Shown: piece by piece, positions 29,544 through 39,645 of the stretch
How the letters are laid out: each line of letters opens with the position of its first letter
Numbering within the stretch: the first letter of the stretch is position 1
NCBI GenBank assembly: GCA_947508055.1
Contig: CANNRR010000001.1
Location: forward strand, 9,881 to 73,880
Direction of reading: 5' to 3'
Source of the DNA: Burkholderiales bacterium
Lineage (GTDB): Bacteria; Pseudomonadota; Gammaproteobacteria; Burkholderiales; Burkholderiaceae_C
Length of the DNA stretch: 64,000 nt
Position numbers and translations under genes: made by a program
The notes under the pieces: generated by a model
The model's database searches: none
What the model was told of the DNA's origin: nothing
The model's input: the letters and a program-made list of their open reading frames with translations, nothing else

Positions 29544-30400
29544 GCCAGTGCCTCCTGTGGTGCAGGGACCAGCACCGGGCTGGTTCGTTCGTTGTTCCAG
29601 TAAATGAGTTCCAGGCGCCCGTCCTGGTGCTCGACCAGGGCGCTGCGGCTTTCCACCCAATCGCCATCATTGCAGTAAAGGGTACCCTGAATGTCACGCA
29701 TCTCGGCTCGGTGAATATGCCCGCACACGACCCCGTCATGCCCCTTGGCGCGTGCTGCTTGCGCCACCGCCACTTCAAAGTCTGTCACGTAATTGAGCGC
29801 CGATTTGACCTTGTGCTTGAGGTAGGCCGACAACGACCAGTAAGGCAAGCCCATGCGTGCGCGCATGCCGTTGAGGTGGCGATTCAGTTTGAGCGTGAAT
29901 TCATACAGGTTGTCGCCCAAATAGGCCAACCACTTGGCGCACTGAATGACGCCATCAAAGTGATCACCGTGGGTGACCCACAGGCGCCGACCATCGGCCG
30001 TGGCGTGAACCGCATCGTCACGCACCTCAATGCCGCCAAACTCGTGGCCCCAAAACCCCCGCGCAAACTCATCGTGGTTACCGGGAATGAACACCACCTT
30101 GCAGCCCTTGCGCGCTCGACGCAACAGCTTTTGCACCACATCGTTGTGAGACTGGGGCCAGTACCAGCGTCGCCGCAATTGCCAGCCGTCAACAATATCA
30201 CCCACGAGATAGAGGTAGTCACTGGAGTTGGCCTTGAGAAAACCCAGCAGCGCCTGTGCCTGACAACCGGCTGTACCCAAGTGAACATCGGAAATGAAGA
30301 TGGCCCGGTAGCGCACAGCGCGCCGTTCTTCCTCGTCATCGTGAGCACCGTCCAGCATGCCCCGCAGGAGCGGAGCAAAGGCGTCGGGGCCGACCCGCAT
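29540..30400 (-). CDS. plcP: PlcP-like phospholipase C (LpxH-family metallophosphoesterase)
   Basis: SDVHLG, GDIVDGW, GNHD, HGD, GHIH, NDGDWVES; coupled to GT4 gene. Confidence 0.8.
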   Translation of the reverse strand: MRVGPDAFAPLLRGMLDGAHDDEEERRAVRYRAIFISDVHLGTAGCQAQALLGFLKANSSDYLYLVGDIVDGWQLRRRWYWPQSHNDVVQKLLRRARKGCKVVFIPGNHDEFARGFWGHEFGGIEVRDDAVHATADGRRLWVTHGDHFDGVIQCAKWLAYLGDNLYEFTLKLNRHLNGMRARMGLPYWSLSAYLKHKVKSALNYVTDFEVAVAQAARAKGHDGVVCGHIHRAEMRDIQGTLYCNDGDWVESRSALVEHQDGRLELIYWNNERTSPVLVPAPQEALA

Positions 30401-31293
30401 CAGGCCCCCAAGAAGTGTTTGCGGTAGCGCAATGGCAAATCGGCGATGCGCATCATCATCGGCAAGTCCGCCGAGTTGAAATCCGGATCCCAGGCCGGCG
30501 GCCCAAGCACCTTGGCGCCCAGACGCAGGTAGCCTTTAATCAATGCCGGAGGCTCGACATCCAGCGACGCGTCCAGTTGCTCAACCGGCAATGGCAAGCG
30601 GGGATGGACGCGGTATTCAATCGGTGCCAGATGGGTGGTCTGAACCTGACGCCAGATGCTGGCGGCCATATCACCACTGGCCACACCGTTGTGCAGCATC
30701 GGTATGCTGGCGCAGCCAATCATGGTGTCGAGCTGGTTACGCACCATGAAAGCGCCCAGAGCCCCCCACAGCGCCATGATCACCCCGCCGTGACGGTGGT
30801 CCTTGTGTACACAACTGCGCCCCAGTTCCACCATGCGGTCGCGCAGGGTACGCAGGCGGGTCAAGTCAAACTCGGTGTCGCTGTAGGTGCTGCCCACACG
30901 CTGCGCCTGAACCGGTGTCAGCACGCGGTAGGTTCCAATCACCTGGCCACTGGCTTCATCGATCACTAGCAGGTGCTCACAAAAGTTGTCAAACAAGTCG
31001 ATGTCGTGACCAGGTATCGGAGTGCTCAGGCGTGCGCCCATTTCCCCGGCAAACACGTCGTGTCGCAAGCGCTGTGCCGCCCGCACCTCGTCGAGGTGCT
31101 TGGCCCAGGTCACCCGAATCGTGGGGCGCTGCTGCACAGCCGGTTGAGCGGTCGGTGACTGATCGACACGGTAGGCGCTAACGGTGCACAGCAGAATGCG
31201 CTGAGCTTGCTGCGCTAAGTCCTGCACCAACCGGTGGGGTGTGGCCGCGTTAGCTTGGCTGGACTGTGTTGATGTATGCAGTTGCGTTTCCAT
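30400..31293 (-). CDS. olsB: GNAT-family ornithine N-acyltransferase (OlsB-like)
   Basis: AAQRLRHDVF, GTYRVL, ELGRSCVH, PPALIKGYLRLGA, DPDFNSAD. Confidence 0.8.
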   Translation of the reverse strand: METQLHTSTQSSQANAATPHRLVQDLAQQAQRILLCTVSAYRVDQSPTAQPAVQQRPTIRVTWAKHLDEVRAAQRLRHDVFAGEMGARLSTPIPGHDIDLFDNFCEHLLVIDEASGQVIGTYRVLTPVQAQRVGSTYSDTEFDLTRLRTLRDRMVELGRSCVHKDHRHGGVIMALWGALGAFMVRNQLDTMIGCASIPMLHNGVASGDMAASIWRQVQTTHLAPIEYRVHPRLPLPVEQLDASLDVEPPALIKGYLRLGAKVLGPPAWDPDFNSADLPMMMRIADLPLRYRKHFLGA

Positions 31294-31323
31294 TTCTCTC
31301 TCCGTCGCGTTTGTTATGGCGCA

Positions 31324-31379
31324 ATTTTGAAAGACTTAGATGACGCCAAAACGTCAATTCAATGGCAGTTGTGTGACAC
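31324..31379 (-). promoter_or_regulatory. Double Pho box (4 half-sites) plus -10 of olsB operon
   Basis: GTGTCAC ACAA CTGCCAT TGAA TTGACGT TTTG GCGTCAT, 10 bp, CAAAAT. Confidence 0.85.
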
Positions 31380-31431
31380 GTTTAGCCTATGGCGAAACCA
31401 CAACAGCATTACAGCTGCACTTGATTTATTA

Positions 31432-31443
31432 AGGGTTAACCCT
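31432..31443. promoter_or_regulatory. Perfect 12-bp palindrome, putative regulator site
   Basis: AGGGTTAACCCT, ~40 bp upstream of the 91-aa ORF. Confidence 0.45.
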
Positions 31444-31482
31444 GATGTGCTTAAATGAACATCGCTTCACCAAGGATTCGCT

Positions 31483-31758
31483 ATGCAAACCGTTTTCACG
31501 CCTATCGCTTTGTCGTCCGCATCAGAGCCACCCAGAGCCGATTTCAACTCATCAGCGGACATGGCCATGCAGGTATCCGAGGCTGCTGGACTTGCTATGG
31601 ATGTACTGGGACTGCCATTTGATATTGCCCGCGCCCAGTATGCCCGCGCCGTGCAGATCGGGTTGATCGAGAGGTCGATGCTGGCATCACGCGAGTTTTC
31701 GCGTACTGTGGGAGCCTGGGAACAACTCACGCTGGGGCCATGGGCGCGGCATGTCTGA
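31483..31758 (+). CDS. Small hypothetical protein (91 aa)
   Basis: AAGGA RBS; fills the gap before CYTH-CHAD. Confidence 0.75.
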   Translation: MQTVFTPIALSSASEPPRADFNSSADMAMQVSEAAGLAMDVLGLPFDIARAQYARAVQIGLIERSMLASREFSRTVGAWEQLTLGPWARHV

Positions 31759-31784
31759 CATCTACTAAATCCAAAATTTATAAC

Positions 31785-31840
31785 TCAAATGCCTGTTAGC
31801 CCTTGTCAAATAAGCGCAATAAGCTACTTTTTTTATAGCA
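31785..31840 (-). repeat. Dispersed motif copy (56 bp), intergenic
   Basis: TGCTA TAAAAAAAG TAGC TTATT GCGC TTATTTGA CAAGG GCTAACA GGC ATTTGA. Confidence 0.88.
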
Positions 31841-31865
31841 ACAACCTTGCAACGAGGTGCAGCCC

Positions 31866-33371
31866 ATGAACCGCGCTAACGAGCCCGGCCCGATGTTCAC
31901 CGAGATTGAACTCAAACTGGCGCTGCCGATTGCCGACCCCTGCACGTTGGAAGAACGTTTGGCACACCTGCCCCTGCTTGCACGTCGCAAGGCGACCCAT
32001 GAACGGCTGCACAACACCTACTACGACACGCCCGACGACATGCTGAACAGCCAGCGCACAGCGCTGCGCTTGCGCCGTGTGGGAAGCGACGATCACCCGG
32101 TTTGGCTGCAAACCCTGAAGATGGGTGGCAGCAGCGACTCAGCATTGAGCCAGCGTGGCGAGTGGGAGGCCACGGTGCCCGGCCCGGCACTTCAGTTGAG
32201 CCTGCTTCGGGCCACACCCTGGTTACAGCTGGACCCTGACAGTACCCTCTTCCATTCGCTCAATGCGCGTTTCACCACCGATTTCACGCGCACCCGCTGG
32301 ACCGTACGCAACCCCGATGGCGGCGTCGTCGAAGTGGCGCTGGACCTGGGCCAAATAGTGGTGGGCGACCGCACCACGTCCATTTGCGAGTTGGAGCTCG
32401 AACTCAAAGCCGGCAGCCCGGCCAACCTGTTTGACATCGCCCACCAGATTGCCCGTACGGTTGCGGTGATTCCACTGGGGGGCAGCAAAGCACAACGCGG
32501 CTTTGCACTGGCACAAAATGGGCTGGACCAGCCCATGCGGGCACAACCGCCAGCGCTAACGCCTGAAATGCACTTGCCGGCAGCCGCGTTGCGCGTATTG
32601 CGGGAAACGTACAAACATTTCAGTGGGAACTTGCACACATTTCTCACATCGGACGACCCCGAGGTGGTTCACCAGGCAAGGGTCGGATGGCGACGTTTCA
32701 AGACCGCCCTTGCCCTCTTCAAGGAGCTGCCACTGGCTCAGGCTGTTCCGCCCTTGCAAGCACTGAAACCCTTGCTGAAAGCATTGGGTCGCTTGCGCGA
32801 CTTGGAGGTCGCCAATCTGCAAACCCTGCCCATGCTGGCCAATGCCTACGTGGGTGGTAGCCCCAAACGACAGGCCCATTGGGAAGCCCTCCAGCGCGCG
32901 CTTGCAGAAGCGACAGCACAGGAACACCAGTCGGTGCGCAATTCACTACACAACCCCGGCACCGGAACCACCCTGTTAGCCCTGACGGAATGGCTGGAGA
33001 GCCAAAGCGTGGGAACGTCGTCTGGCATGACTGTCGATAACCATGCAACCCTGCATCCGTGGGCAAGCAAGCGCATGGAGCGCTTGCGTGACCAATTGAA
33101 AACCACGCTAAAGAAATCACCTAAACCCGAAAACCTGCACCACGCGCGCATTCTGGCCAAACGACTACGCTACGGTGTGGAAGCCGTGCGCACGGTGCTG
33201 CCCAAGCGCCGCGCGCAGCATTGGTACCGACATGCGGCGCATCTGCAAAGCTCCATAGGAGCGGCACGGGACCTGCAACAGGCCCTTGGTATTGCCAAGC
33301 GCCTCAAAGCACATTCCACGTTATTGAAGTTTCTGCACGCGGTAGACCTTCGGCGCAACCACCCGCGCTGA
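31866..33371 (+). CDS. CYTH and CHAD domain protein (YgiF-like; start uncertain)
   Basis: EIELKL, YYDTPD, LRLRR, ELELELK; CHAD VHQARVGWRR and LHHARILAKRLRY. Confidence 0.93.
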   Translation: MNRANEPGPMFTEIELKLALPIADPCTLEERLAHLPLLARRKATHERLHNTYYDTPDDMLNSQRTALRLRRVGSDDHPVWLQTLKMGGSSDSALSQRGEWEATVPGPALQLSLLRATPWLQLDPDSTLFHSLNARFTTDFTRTRWTVRNPDGGVVEVALDLGQIVVGDRTTSICELELELKAGSPANLFDIAHQIARTVAVIPLGGSKAQRGFALAQNGLDQPMRAQPPALTPEMHLPAAALRVLRETYKHFSGNLHTFLTSDDPEVVHQARVGWRRFKTALALFKELPLAQAVPPLQALKPLLKALGRLRDLEVANLQTLPMLANAYVGGSPKRQAHWEALQRALAEATAQEHQSVRNSLHNPGTGTTLLALTEWLESQSVGTSSGMTVDNHATLHPWASKRMERLRDQLKTTLKKSPKPENLHHARILAKRLRYGVEAVRTVLPKRRAQHWYRHAAHLQSSIGAARDLQQALGIAKRLKAHSTLLKFLHAVDLRRNHPR

Positions 33372-33378
33372 CCCGTGT

Positions 33379-33483
33379 TCAGGCGCGCATGCGCCAGGCC
33401 TGGTATCGGGAGCGTTGCAGGGCAAACAGAACCCCCCAGGCGAGGCTACTGAGCAGCGCAAAATGCCGGATAACCCTATTCAC
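33379..33483 (-). CDS. Putative 34-aa micro-protein
   Basis: GTG start overlaps end of upstream micro-ORF (CGTGAATAG); hydrophobic core FALLSSLAWGVLFAL then basic tail. Confidence 0.45.
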   Translation of the reverse strand: MNRVIRHFALLSSLAWGVLFALQRSRYQAWRMRA

Positions 33484-33616
33484 GGGGGTACACCAGGGCT
33501 GTGACTGCAGACGCAAGAAGCGGGTTGACCCGACCCGACGAGATGCCCAGACTGACCCACCCGTCATCAAACAAAGCGTCTAGTTTTTTCTGCAATCCAA
33601 ATAGTTTCCAGAGCAT
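33476..33616 (-). CDS. Putative 46-aa micro-protein
   Basis: Strong RBS AAAAGGAG 6 nt before ATG; Pho-box promoter upstream. Confidence 0.55.
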   Translation of the reverse strand: MLWKLFGLQKKLDALFDDGWVSLGISSGRVNPLLASAVTALVYPRE

Positions 33617-33650
33617 GGCACACTCCTTTTCCGTCGTTGAATGAGTTTGT

Positions 33651-33684
33651 AATCTAGCCTTCAAATGTGACGGTTTCGAGTCAA
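33651..33684 (-). promoter_or_regulatory. Pho box plus -10 of the micro-ORFs
   Basis: TTGACTC GAAA CCGTCAC, 10 bp, TAGATT. Confidence 0.55.
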
Positions 33685-33970
33685 AACGACATGCCCGTGC
33701 GCCGCGGTATGGCATGCAGGTTTGCGCCATTTCGTGGCTATGCTCGGTTGATGATGACCACCGCACTACCGGCCAAAATACCCCATGAAACAACTAGCCG
33801 AACTTGAAGCACTGGAGCCAGCACCGGGTGCTACGTCGCCACTTATCGCTGCTCGACTTTTTGTCCCGAGCCGCCTGCAGTCACATGCGGTGGGCGCCGG
33901 TACCGGAAATTCGTGCAAAACTGCACGCCGATGCACTTAAAAACTGGTATGACTGAATAGCGCCGGGTTC

Positions 33971-34501
33971 TCACTCCAGCCATTTCTGCATGAACTGCGC
34001 CTGCCCCATGGCCGGGTCGAGTTCATAGTTGGTAAAGCCTACCCTGCGGTACAGGCGGTCTGCGCCCACATTGCCCTGCAACACTTCCAGCGTGAGCTTG
34101 CAGGCGCCGCGGTCGCGGGCGATGGTCTCTGCCAGTGCCAGCATTTTTTCGGCCACGTGCCGCCCACGGTGGCTGGCCAGCACGGTGACATCATGGACGT
34201 TAACCAGGGGTCTGCAAGCAAAAGTAGAAAAGCCCTCAATGCAGTTCACCAATCCAACCGGCAACTCCCCGTCAAACGCCAGCACACTGTAGGCCTGCAC
34301 GCGGGCGGCCAGCGCTGCAACCAGGTTGGCTTTGGCAAAGTCGCTGAGGGCGTGTGCTCCACCCATGGGGTCTTGCGCATACGCATCCAGCAAGGCGACT
34401 AGTGCCGCTCCGTGCGCCGGGTTGGCGTAGTCAGCCCGGCAAACATGCACCGAAGCAGAGTCGGGCGTGCCCGTGGTACTTGCAGCAATCGTCACGTCCA
34501 A
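33971..34501 (-). CDS. GNAT-family N-acetyltransferase (start uncertain)
   Basis: LLDAYAQDPMGG, GFSTFACRPLVNVHD, HRGRHVA, CKLTLEVL. Confidence 0.9.
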   Translation of the reverse strand: MDVTIAASTTGTPDSASVHVCRADYANPAHGAALVALLDAYAQDPMGGAHALSDFAKANLVAALAARVQAYSVLAFDGELPVGLVNCIEGFSTFACRPLVNVHDVTVLASHRGRHVAEKMLALAETIARDRGACKLTLEVLQGNVGADRLYRRVGFTNYELDPAMGQAQFMQKWLE

Positions 34502-34507
34502 GTCTCG

Positions 34508-35866
34508 TCAAGCAGCCAGGATGTCGGCAATGCGTTGGGCGCAAGCCTTGGCCTGAGCCTCATCACGCGCTTCCACCATAACACGCACCAAGGGTTCGGT
34601 GCCACTGGCCCGAATCAGCACCCGGCCGTGGTCGCCGAGTTCGGTTTCCACTGCGCGGGTGGCCGCCGCCAAGTGCGGGTTTGTTTGCCAGTCCTGGCCT
34701 GGTTTCAGGCGGACATTGATCAGAATTTGGGGGAAAAGCGTTACGTCTGCGAGCAATTCGGCCAGGGTTTTGCGACTTCGCATACATGCCTGCAACACCA
34801 GCAATGCAGAAACAATGCCATCGCCCGTGGTTTGCTTGTCCAAGGCCAATAGATGGCCGGAGCCTTCCCCGCCGAGCAACCAGCCACGTTTCTCCAACTC
34901 CTCCAGCACATAGCGGTCGCCCACTTTGGCGCGTACCAACTCGACCGCCCTGGCTTTCAAAGCGATCTCCACCGCCATATTGGTCATCAGCGTTCCCACC
35001 ACACCAGGCACCGTTTCACCGGCACGTTTGCTCTCAGCGGCACCACCACGCGACAGCCGCTCCTTCACCATCAGGTACAAAATCTCGTCGCCATTGAACA
35101 AGCGCCCATCGGCATCCACCAGTTGCAGCCGGTCGGCATCCCCATCCAGGGCAACGCCATAGTGCGCACCGTGAGCCTTGACCGCAGCCACCAGGGTCTG
35201 TGGATGGGTGGCCCCTACTTCGTGGTTAATGTTCAAACCATCCGGCGCGCAACCAATGGAGATCACCTCCGCACCCAGTTCATGAAACACCTTGGGCGCG
35301 ACCTGGTAGGCCGCACCGTGCGCTCCGTCCACCACGATCTTGACGCCCTTGAGCGTCAAATCATTGGAGAACGTGCTTTTGCAGAATTCGATATAGCGCC
35401 CGGACGCATCATCCAGCCGGCGCGATCTACCCAGATCGGCGGATTCGGCCCACACCGCAGGCTGTTCGAGCGCCGCTTCAACCGCAAACTCCCATTCATC
35501 GGAGAGTTTTGCTCCCTTGGCACTGAAGAACTTGATGCCATTGTCAGGAAACGGGTTGTGACTAGCACTGATCACCACACCCAAAGAGGCGCGCAGCGTG
35601 CGGGTCAAATAGGCGACGCCAGGCGTCGGCAAGGGGCCCAGCAGCACCACGTCAACACCCGCCGAGTTGAAGCCACTTTCCAAAGCGCTTTCCAGCATGT
35701 AGCCCGATATGCGGGTGTCCTTTCCAATGAGTACAGTGGGTCGGGATTCCGTTCTCTTGAGAACTCGCCCCACCGCGTGCGCCAGGCGCATGACAAAGTC
35801 GGGGGTGATGGGGGCCTGGCCAACGGTGCCACGGATGCCATCGGTGCCAAAATATTTTCTCGTCAT
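34508..35866 (-). CDS. glmM: Phosphoglucosamine mutase
   Basis: [29 protein letters not shown]. Confidence 0.98.
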   Translation of the reverse strand: MTRKYFGTDGIRGTVGQAPITPDFVMRLAHAVGRVLKRTESRPTVLIGKDTRISGYMLESALESGFNSAGVDVVLLGPLPTPGVAYLTRTLRASLGVVISASHNPFPDNGIKFFSAKGAKLSDEWEFAVEAALEQPAVWAESADLGRSRRLDDASGRYIEFCKSTFSNDLTLKGVKIVVDGAHGAAYQVAPKVFHELGAEVISIGCAPDGLNINHEVGATHPQTLVAAVKAHGAHYGVALDGDADRLQLVDADGRLFNGDEILYLMVKERLSRGGAAESKRAGETVPGVVGTLMTNMAVEIALKARAVELVRAKVGDRYVLEELEKRGWLLGGEGSGHLLALDKQTTGDGIVSALLVLQACMRSRKTLAELLADVTLFPQILINVRLKPGQDWQTNPHLAAATRAVETELGDHGRVLIRASGTEPLVRVMVEARDEAQAKACAQRIADILAA

Positions 35867-35901
35867 ATGGTTTACCTATCCCGAAAACTCTTTGAAAAAA
35901 A

Positions 35902-36774
35902 CTAGCTGTTTTGCTTCATGGCGCTCAACACTTTGAGAGCCTGAACCGTCTCTTTAACGTCATGCACCCGCACCACATGAGCACCGTTTTGCACTGCCAG
36001 CAGCGCAGCGGTTACGCTGGGTACCAGCCGGTCACGGATATCCAGCGTGGCCACCGAGGCCAGCGATCGCCCGGTGACTGCCGCCAGTGATGATTTTCGC
36101 GACCAGCCGGCGAGCACAGCGTACCCCAGCGGGACCAATGCAGTCTGCTGGCCCAACAATGCAAAATTTTGCTGCACCGTCTTGCCGAACCCAATACCCG
36201 GGTCAATACAAATACGAGCCTTATCGACCCCTAGCGCCCGTAGATATTGCGCAGACCGCTCCAAAAACGATAGCACTTGCGATATGACGTCGCCCTCCAT
36301 CGGGGCGACTTGCATAGTTTGTGGGTTGCGATGCATATGCATCAGACACACGCCACAGCTCGGGTGCTGGCGCACCACGTCCATGCCGCTGGGGCTGGAA
36401 GCATCCGCTCGCCACTGCAGAGCCCAAACATCGTTGATGATGTCAGCACCCAGGTCCAGCACAGCCTGCATGACCTGGGGCTTGTAGGTGTCCACAGACA
36501 CCGGAACACCCAGTGTCACGGCATGACGAACAATAGGTAGTACGCGCTCCAGTTCTTCTTCAACCGGCAACTCCAACGCCCCGGGGCGTGTGGACTCACC
36601 GCCAATATCCAGAATATCAGCCCCGTCCTTGAGCAAGTTCTCGCAATGCGCCATCGCGGCGTCACGGCTGGCGTGCACACCGCCATCGGAAAATGAATCG
36701 GGTGTGACATTGACAATGCCCATGACCCTGGGTGCACTCAGGTCAATGGCGAAGCGGCTGGTTTGCCAATGCAT
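35902..36774 (-). CDS. folP: Dihydropteroate synthase
   Basis: NVTPDSFSDGG, GGESTRPG, DPGIGFGK, SRKS, RVHDV. Confidence 0.97.
   Translation of the reverse strand: MHWQTSRFAIDLSAPRVMGIVNVTPDSFSDGGVHASRDAAMAHCENLLKDGADILDIGGESTRPGALELPVEEELERVLPIVRHAVTLGVPVSVDTYKPQVMQAVLDLGADIINDVWALQWRADASSPSGMDVVRQHPSCGVCLMHMHRNPQTMQVAPMEGDVISQVLSFLERSAQYLRALGVDKARICIDPGIGFGKTVQQNFALLGQQTALVPLGYAVLAGWSRKSSLAAVTGRSLASVATLDIRDRLVPSVTAALLAVQNGAHVVRVHDVKETVQALKVLSAMKQNS
36219..36275 (-). repeat. 57-bp dispersed motif copy, inside folP
   Basis: TGCTA TCGTTTTTG GAGC GGTCT GCGC AATATCTA CGGGC GCTAGGG GTCG ATAAGG. Confidence 0.85.
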
Positions 36775-36806
36775 AAGCGAGTTTCTTCGTAATAATCGGG
36801 AATGAG

Positions 36807-36831
36807 AAAACGGGGCACGAGGCCCCGTTTT
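36807..36831. terminator. Hairpin terminator after ftsH
   Basis: AAAACGGGGC-ACGAG-GCCCCGTTTT. Confidence 0.75.
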
Positions 36832-36847
36832 CCAAAGCGTCAATCGA

Positions 36848-38764
36848 TCAGGCGACGGTGGGCGTGGGTTCGACCGCAACTGCCGGTGCGCCACCACTAC
36901 CACCACTGCCAGAACTGGGCGAACGCGGCGTCCAGTCTTTGGGTGGGCGTGGCTCTTTGCCGGCCATGATGTCGTCGAGTTGGTCGCTGTCAATGGTTTC
37001 CCACTCCAGCAAGGCTTTGGCCATGGCGTGCATTTTGTCCTTGTTGTCCTCAATCAATTTGCGTGCCAAAGCATATTGCTGGTCGATGATGCGCCGCACC
37101 TCGGCATCCACCTTCTGCATGGTCTGTTCGCTCATATTGGTGGTTTTGGTCACCGATCGGCCCAGGAACACTTCACCTTCATTGTCGGCATAGACCATGG
37201 GACCCAGGGCGTCAGTCATGCCATAGCGGGTGACCATGTCGCGGGCAATATGGGTGGCGCGTTCAAAGTCGTTGCTGGCACCCGTAGTCATCTGATTCAT
37301 AAACACTTCTTCGGCAATACGGCCACCAAACAGCATGCTGATCTGATTGAGCATGTATTCGCTGTCGTAGCTGTAGCGGTCTTGCGCGGGCAGACTCATG
37401 GTGACGCCCAGAGCACGACCACGCGGAATGATGGTGACCTTGTGCACGGGGTCACACTTGGGTAACACTTTGCCAATCAGCGCGTGACCGGACTCGTGAT
37501 AGGCCGTGTTCCTGCGCTCTTCTTCGGGCATAACCATGCTCTTGCGCTCGGGGCCCATCAAGATCTTGTCCTTAGCCTTCTCAAAGTCCTGCATTTCCAC
37601 TACTCGGGCATTGCGCCGAGCCGCCATCAGAGCAGCTTCATTGCAAAGGTTGGCCAAGTCTGCGCCCGACATGCCAGGCGTGCCACGCGCAATGATGCTG
37701 GCGCTGACGTCTTGACCCAAGGGGACCTTGCGCATGTGAACGCCCAGAATCTGCTCACGGCCCCGAATGTCAGGCAACGTGACGTAAACCTGACGGTCAA
37801 ACCGGCCTGGTCGCAGCAAAGCGGCGTCCAGAATGTCTGGCCGGTTGGTGGCAGCCACCACGATCACACCCACATTGGTCTCAAAACCATCCATCTCGAC
37901 CAGCATCTGGTTGAGGGTCTGTTCGCGCTCGTCATTGCCACCGCCCAAGCCAGCGCCACGCTGGCGGCCCACGGCGTCAATTTCGTCAATGAAGATGATA
38001 CAGGGAGCGTTCTTCTTGGCGTTATCAAACATGTCGCGCACGCGGGAAGCACCCACACCGACAAACATTTCCACAAAATCCGAACCTGAAATGCTGAAGA
38101 ACGGTACTTTGGCCTCGCCAGCAATCGATTTGGCCAGCAGGGTTTTACCGGTGCCAGGAGGGCCAACCAGCAACAGACCACGGGGAATACGACCACCGAG
38201 TTTCTGGAACTTGCTGGGATCTTTGAGGAAGTCAACAACCTCCTTGACCTCTTCCTTCGCTTCGTCGCAACCCGCCACATCCGCAAAGGTGACGGTGTTG
38301 GTGTTTTCATCCAGCAGCCGCGCCTTGCTCTTGCCGAAACTGAACGCCCCGCCCTTGCCGCCACCCTGCATCTGGCGCATGAAATAAATCCAGACACCCA
38401 CCAGCAGCAGCATAGGTCCCCAGCTAACCAGCAGTGTCATGAGGAGCGAACCTTCTTCGCGGGGCTTGACGTCGAACTTGACACCATTGCTGATCAAGTC
38501 CCCCACCAGACCCCGGTCGAGGTAGGTTGCAGTGGTGCGGATTTTGCGGTCGTCAGTGGTCACAGCCAAAATCTCGGTGCCGCCCTGGCCTTCCTGAATG
38601 ATGGCACTCTTGATGTGCTTGTTGCGCACTTCTTCCAGAAAATCGGAGTAGCCGAGCGTATTCGCACCTGCCGTGCCGCGCGTATCAAATTGCTTGAACA
38701 CGGTAAAAAGCACGAGCCCGATCACTAACCACACTGCAATTTTAGAAAACCACTGATTATTCAA
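36848..38764 (-). CDS. ftsH: ATP-dependent zinc metalloprotease FtsH (TTG start)
   Basis: [17 protein letters not shown]; GGAG RBS before TTG. Confidence 0.98.
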   Translation of the reverse strand: MNNQWFSKIAVWLVIGLVLFTVFKQFDTRGTAGANTLGYSDFLEEVRNKHIKSAIIQEGQGGTEILAVTTDDRKIRTTATYLDRGLVGDLISNGVKFDVKPREEGSLLMTLLVSWGPMLLLVGVWIYFMRQMQGGGKGGAFSFGKSKARLLDENTNTVTFADVAGCDEAKEEVKEVVDFLKDPSKFQKLGGRIPRGLLLVGPPGTGKTLLAKSIAGEAKVPFFSISGSDFVEMFVGVGASRVRDMFDNAKKNAPCIIFIDEIDAVGRQRGAGLGGGNDEREQTLNQMLVEMDGFETNVGVIVVAATNRPDILDAALLRPGRFDRQVYVTLPDIRGREQILGVHMRKVPLGQDVSASIIARGTPGMSGADLANLCNEAALMAARRNARVVEMQDFEKAKDKILMGPERKSMVMPEEERRNTAYHESGHALIGKVLPKCDPVHKVTIIPRGRALGVTMSLPAQDRYSYDSEYMLNQISMLFGGRIAEEVFMNQMTTGASNDFERATHIARDMVTRYGMTDALGPMVYADNEGEVFLGRSVTKTTNMSEQTMQKVDAEVRRIIDQQYALARKLIEDNKDKMHAMAKALLEWETIDSDQLDDIMAGKEPRPPKDWTPRSPSSGSGGSGGAPAVAVEPTPTVA

Positions 38765-38932
38765 GCGAAGCTCCAATAGGGGCACAAGTAGAAATACTGT
38801 GCATATCTAAGTCGCATTTTAGGCGTTTCAAGGCGAGCGGCGCGGAATTTTCAGGTTTCTGCCACATATACAGCAAGGTTATGTAACGCCCGTGTCAATT
38901 GCGACAAAGCTGACCCCAGCACCACCGGCCAC

Positions 38933-39586
38933 TCACTTGAGCCCGACACCTACCAAAAATGTCTCCGAGGACCGGTCGCGCGAGGCCTTGGGCTTGTAGG
39001 GTTTGACCACCTGAAAAGCCGCCTTGAAGCGCTGCACCACATCGTTGTAACTGCCGCCATGAAATACCTTGGTCACCAAGGCACCCTGCGGTTTCATGTG
39101 GTTTTGTGCGAACTCAATCGCCAGTTCTACCAAATTCTCAATACGTGCTGCATCAGCTGAAGAAATGCCGGACAAATTGGGAGCCATATCCGACACCACC
39201 ACGTCGGCTTGACGTCCTTGCAGTGCGTGCTCCAACTGAGCCAGCACGTCTGCCTCCCGAAAATCGCCCTGGATGAAGGTAACTCCCTCAATCGGCTCCA
39301 TGGGCAGCAAATCCAGGGCAATGATGGTGCCATTAAGTTCCCCGACGGCGGCTCCCGCGGGCGACATGCGGCGGCGCACATATTGGCTCCAGGCGCCTGG
39401 CGTGCATCCCAGGTCCACCACCAGGTAACCCGGTTTGATCAAACCAAACACTTCGTCGATTTCCTTGAGCTTGTAGGCGGCACGTGCACGGTAGCCTTCC
39501 CGACCTGCCAACTTGACGTAGGGGTCGTTAATGTGGTCGTGCAACCAAGCCTTGTTGACCTTTTTACCCTTGCTGGGAGTTTTCAT
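38933..39586 (-). CDS. rlmE: 23S rRNA methyltransferase RlmE
   Basis: [30 protein letters not shown]. Confidence 0.97.
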   Translation of the reverse strand: MKTPSKGKKVNKAWLHDHINDPYVKLAGREGYRARAAYKLKEIDEVFGLIKPGYLVVDLGCTPGAWSQYVRRRMSPAGAAVGELNGTIIALDLLPMEPIEGVTFIQGDFREADVLAQLEHALQGRQADVVVSDMAPNLSGISSADAARIENLVELAIEFAQNHMKPQGALVTKVFHGGSYNDVVQRFKAAFQVVKPYKPKASRDRSSETFLVGVGLK

Positions 39587-39645
39587 TCTGACTTTCCAAG
39601 GATGCAGTCGTGGTACGGACCATCCAATCAACCGATAATAGCGGC

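Noticed and set aside
31803-31820. Pho-box-like TTGTCAA ATAA GCGCAAT before CYTH-CHAD
   Set aside because: Lies within the dispersed motif and lacks a convincing -10; cannot be separated from coincidence.
34853-35905. Long antisense or alternate-frame ORFs (350 aa here; also 43792-44724, 52194-53108, 54397-55299, 62696-63577 and others)
   Set aside because: Shadow ORFs opposite well-conserved genes, expected from GC-rich codon bias; no recognisable motifs.
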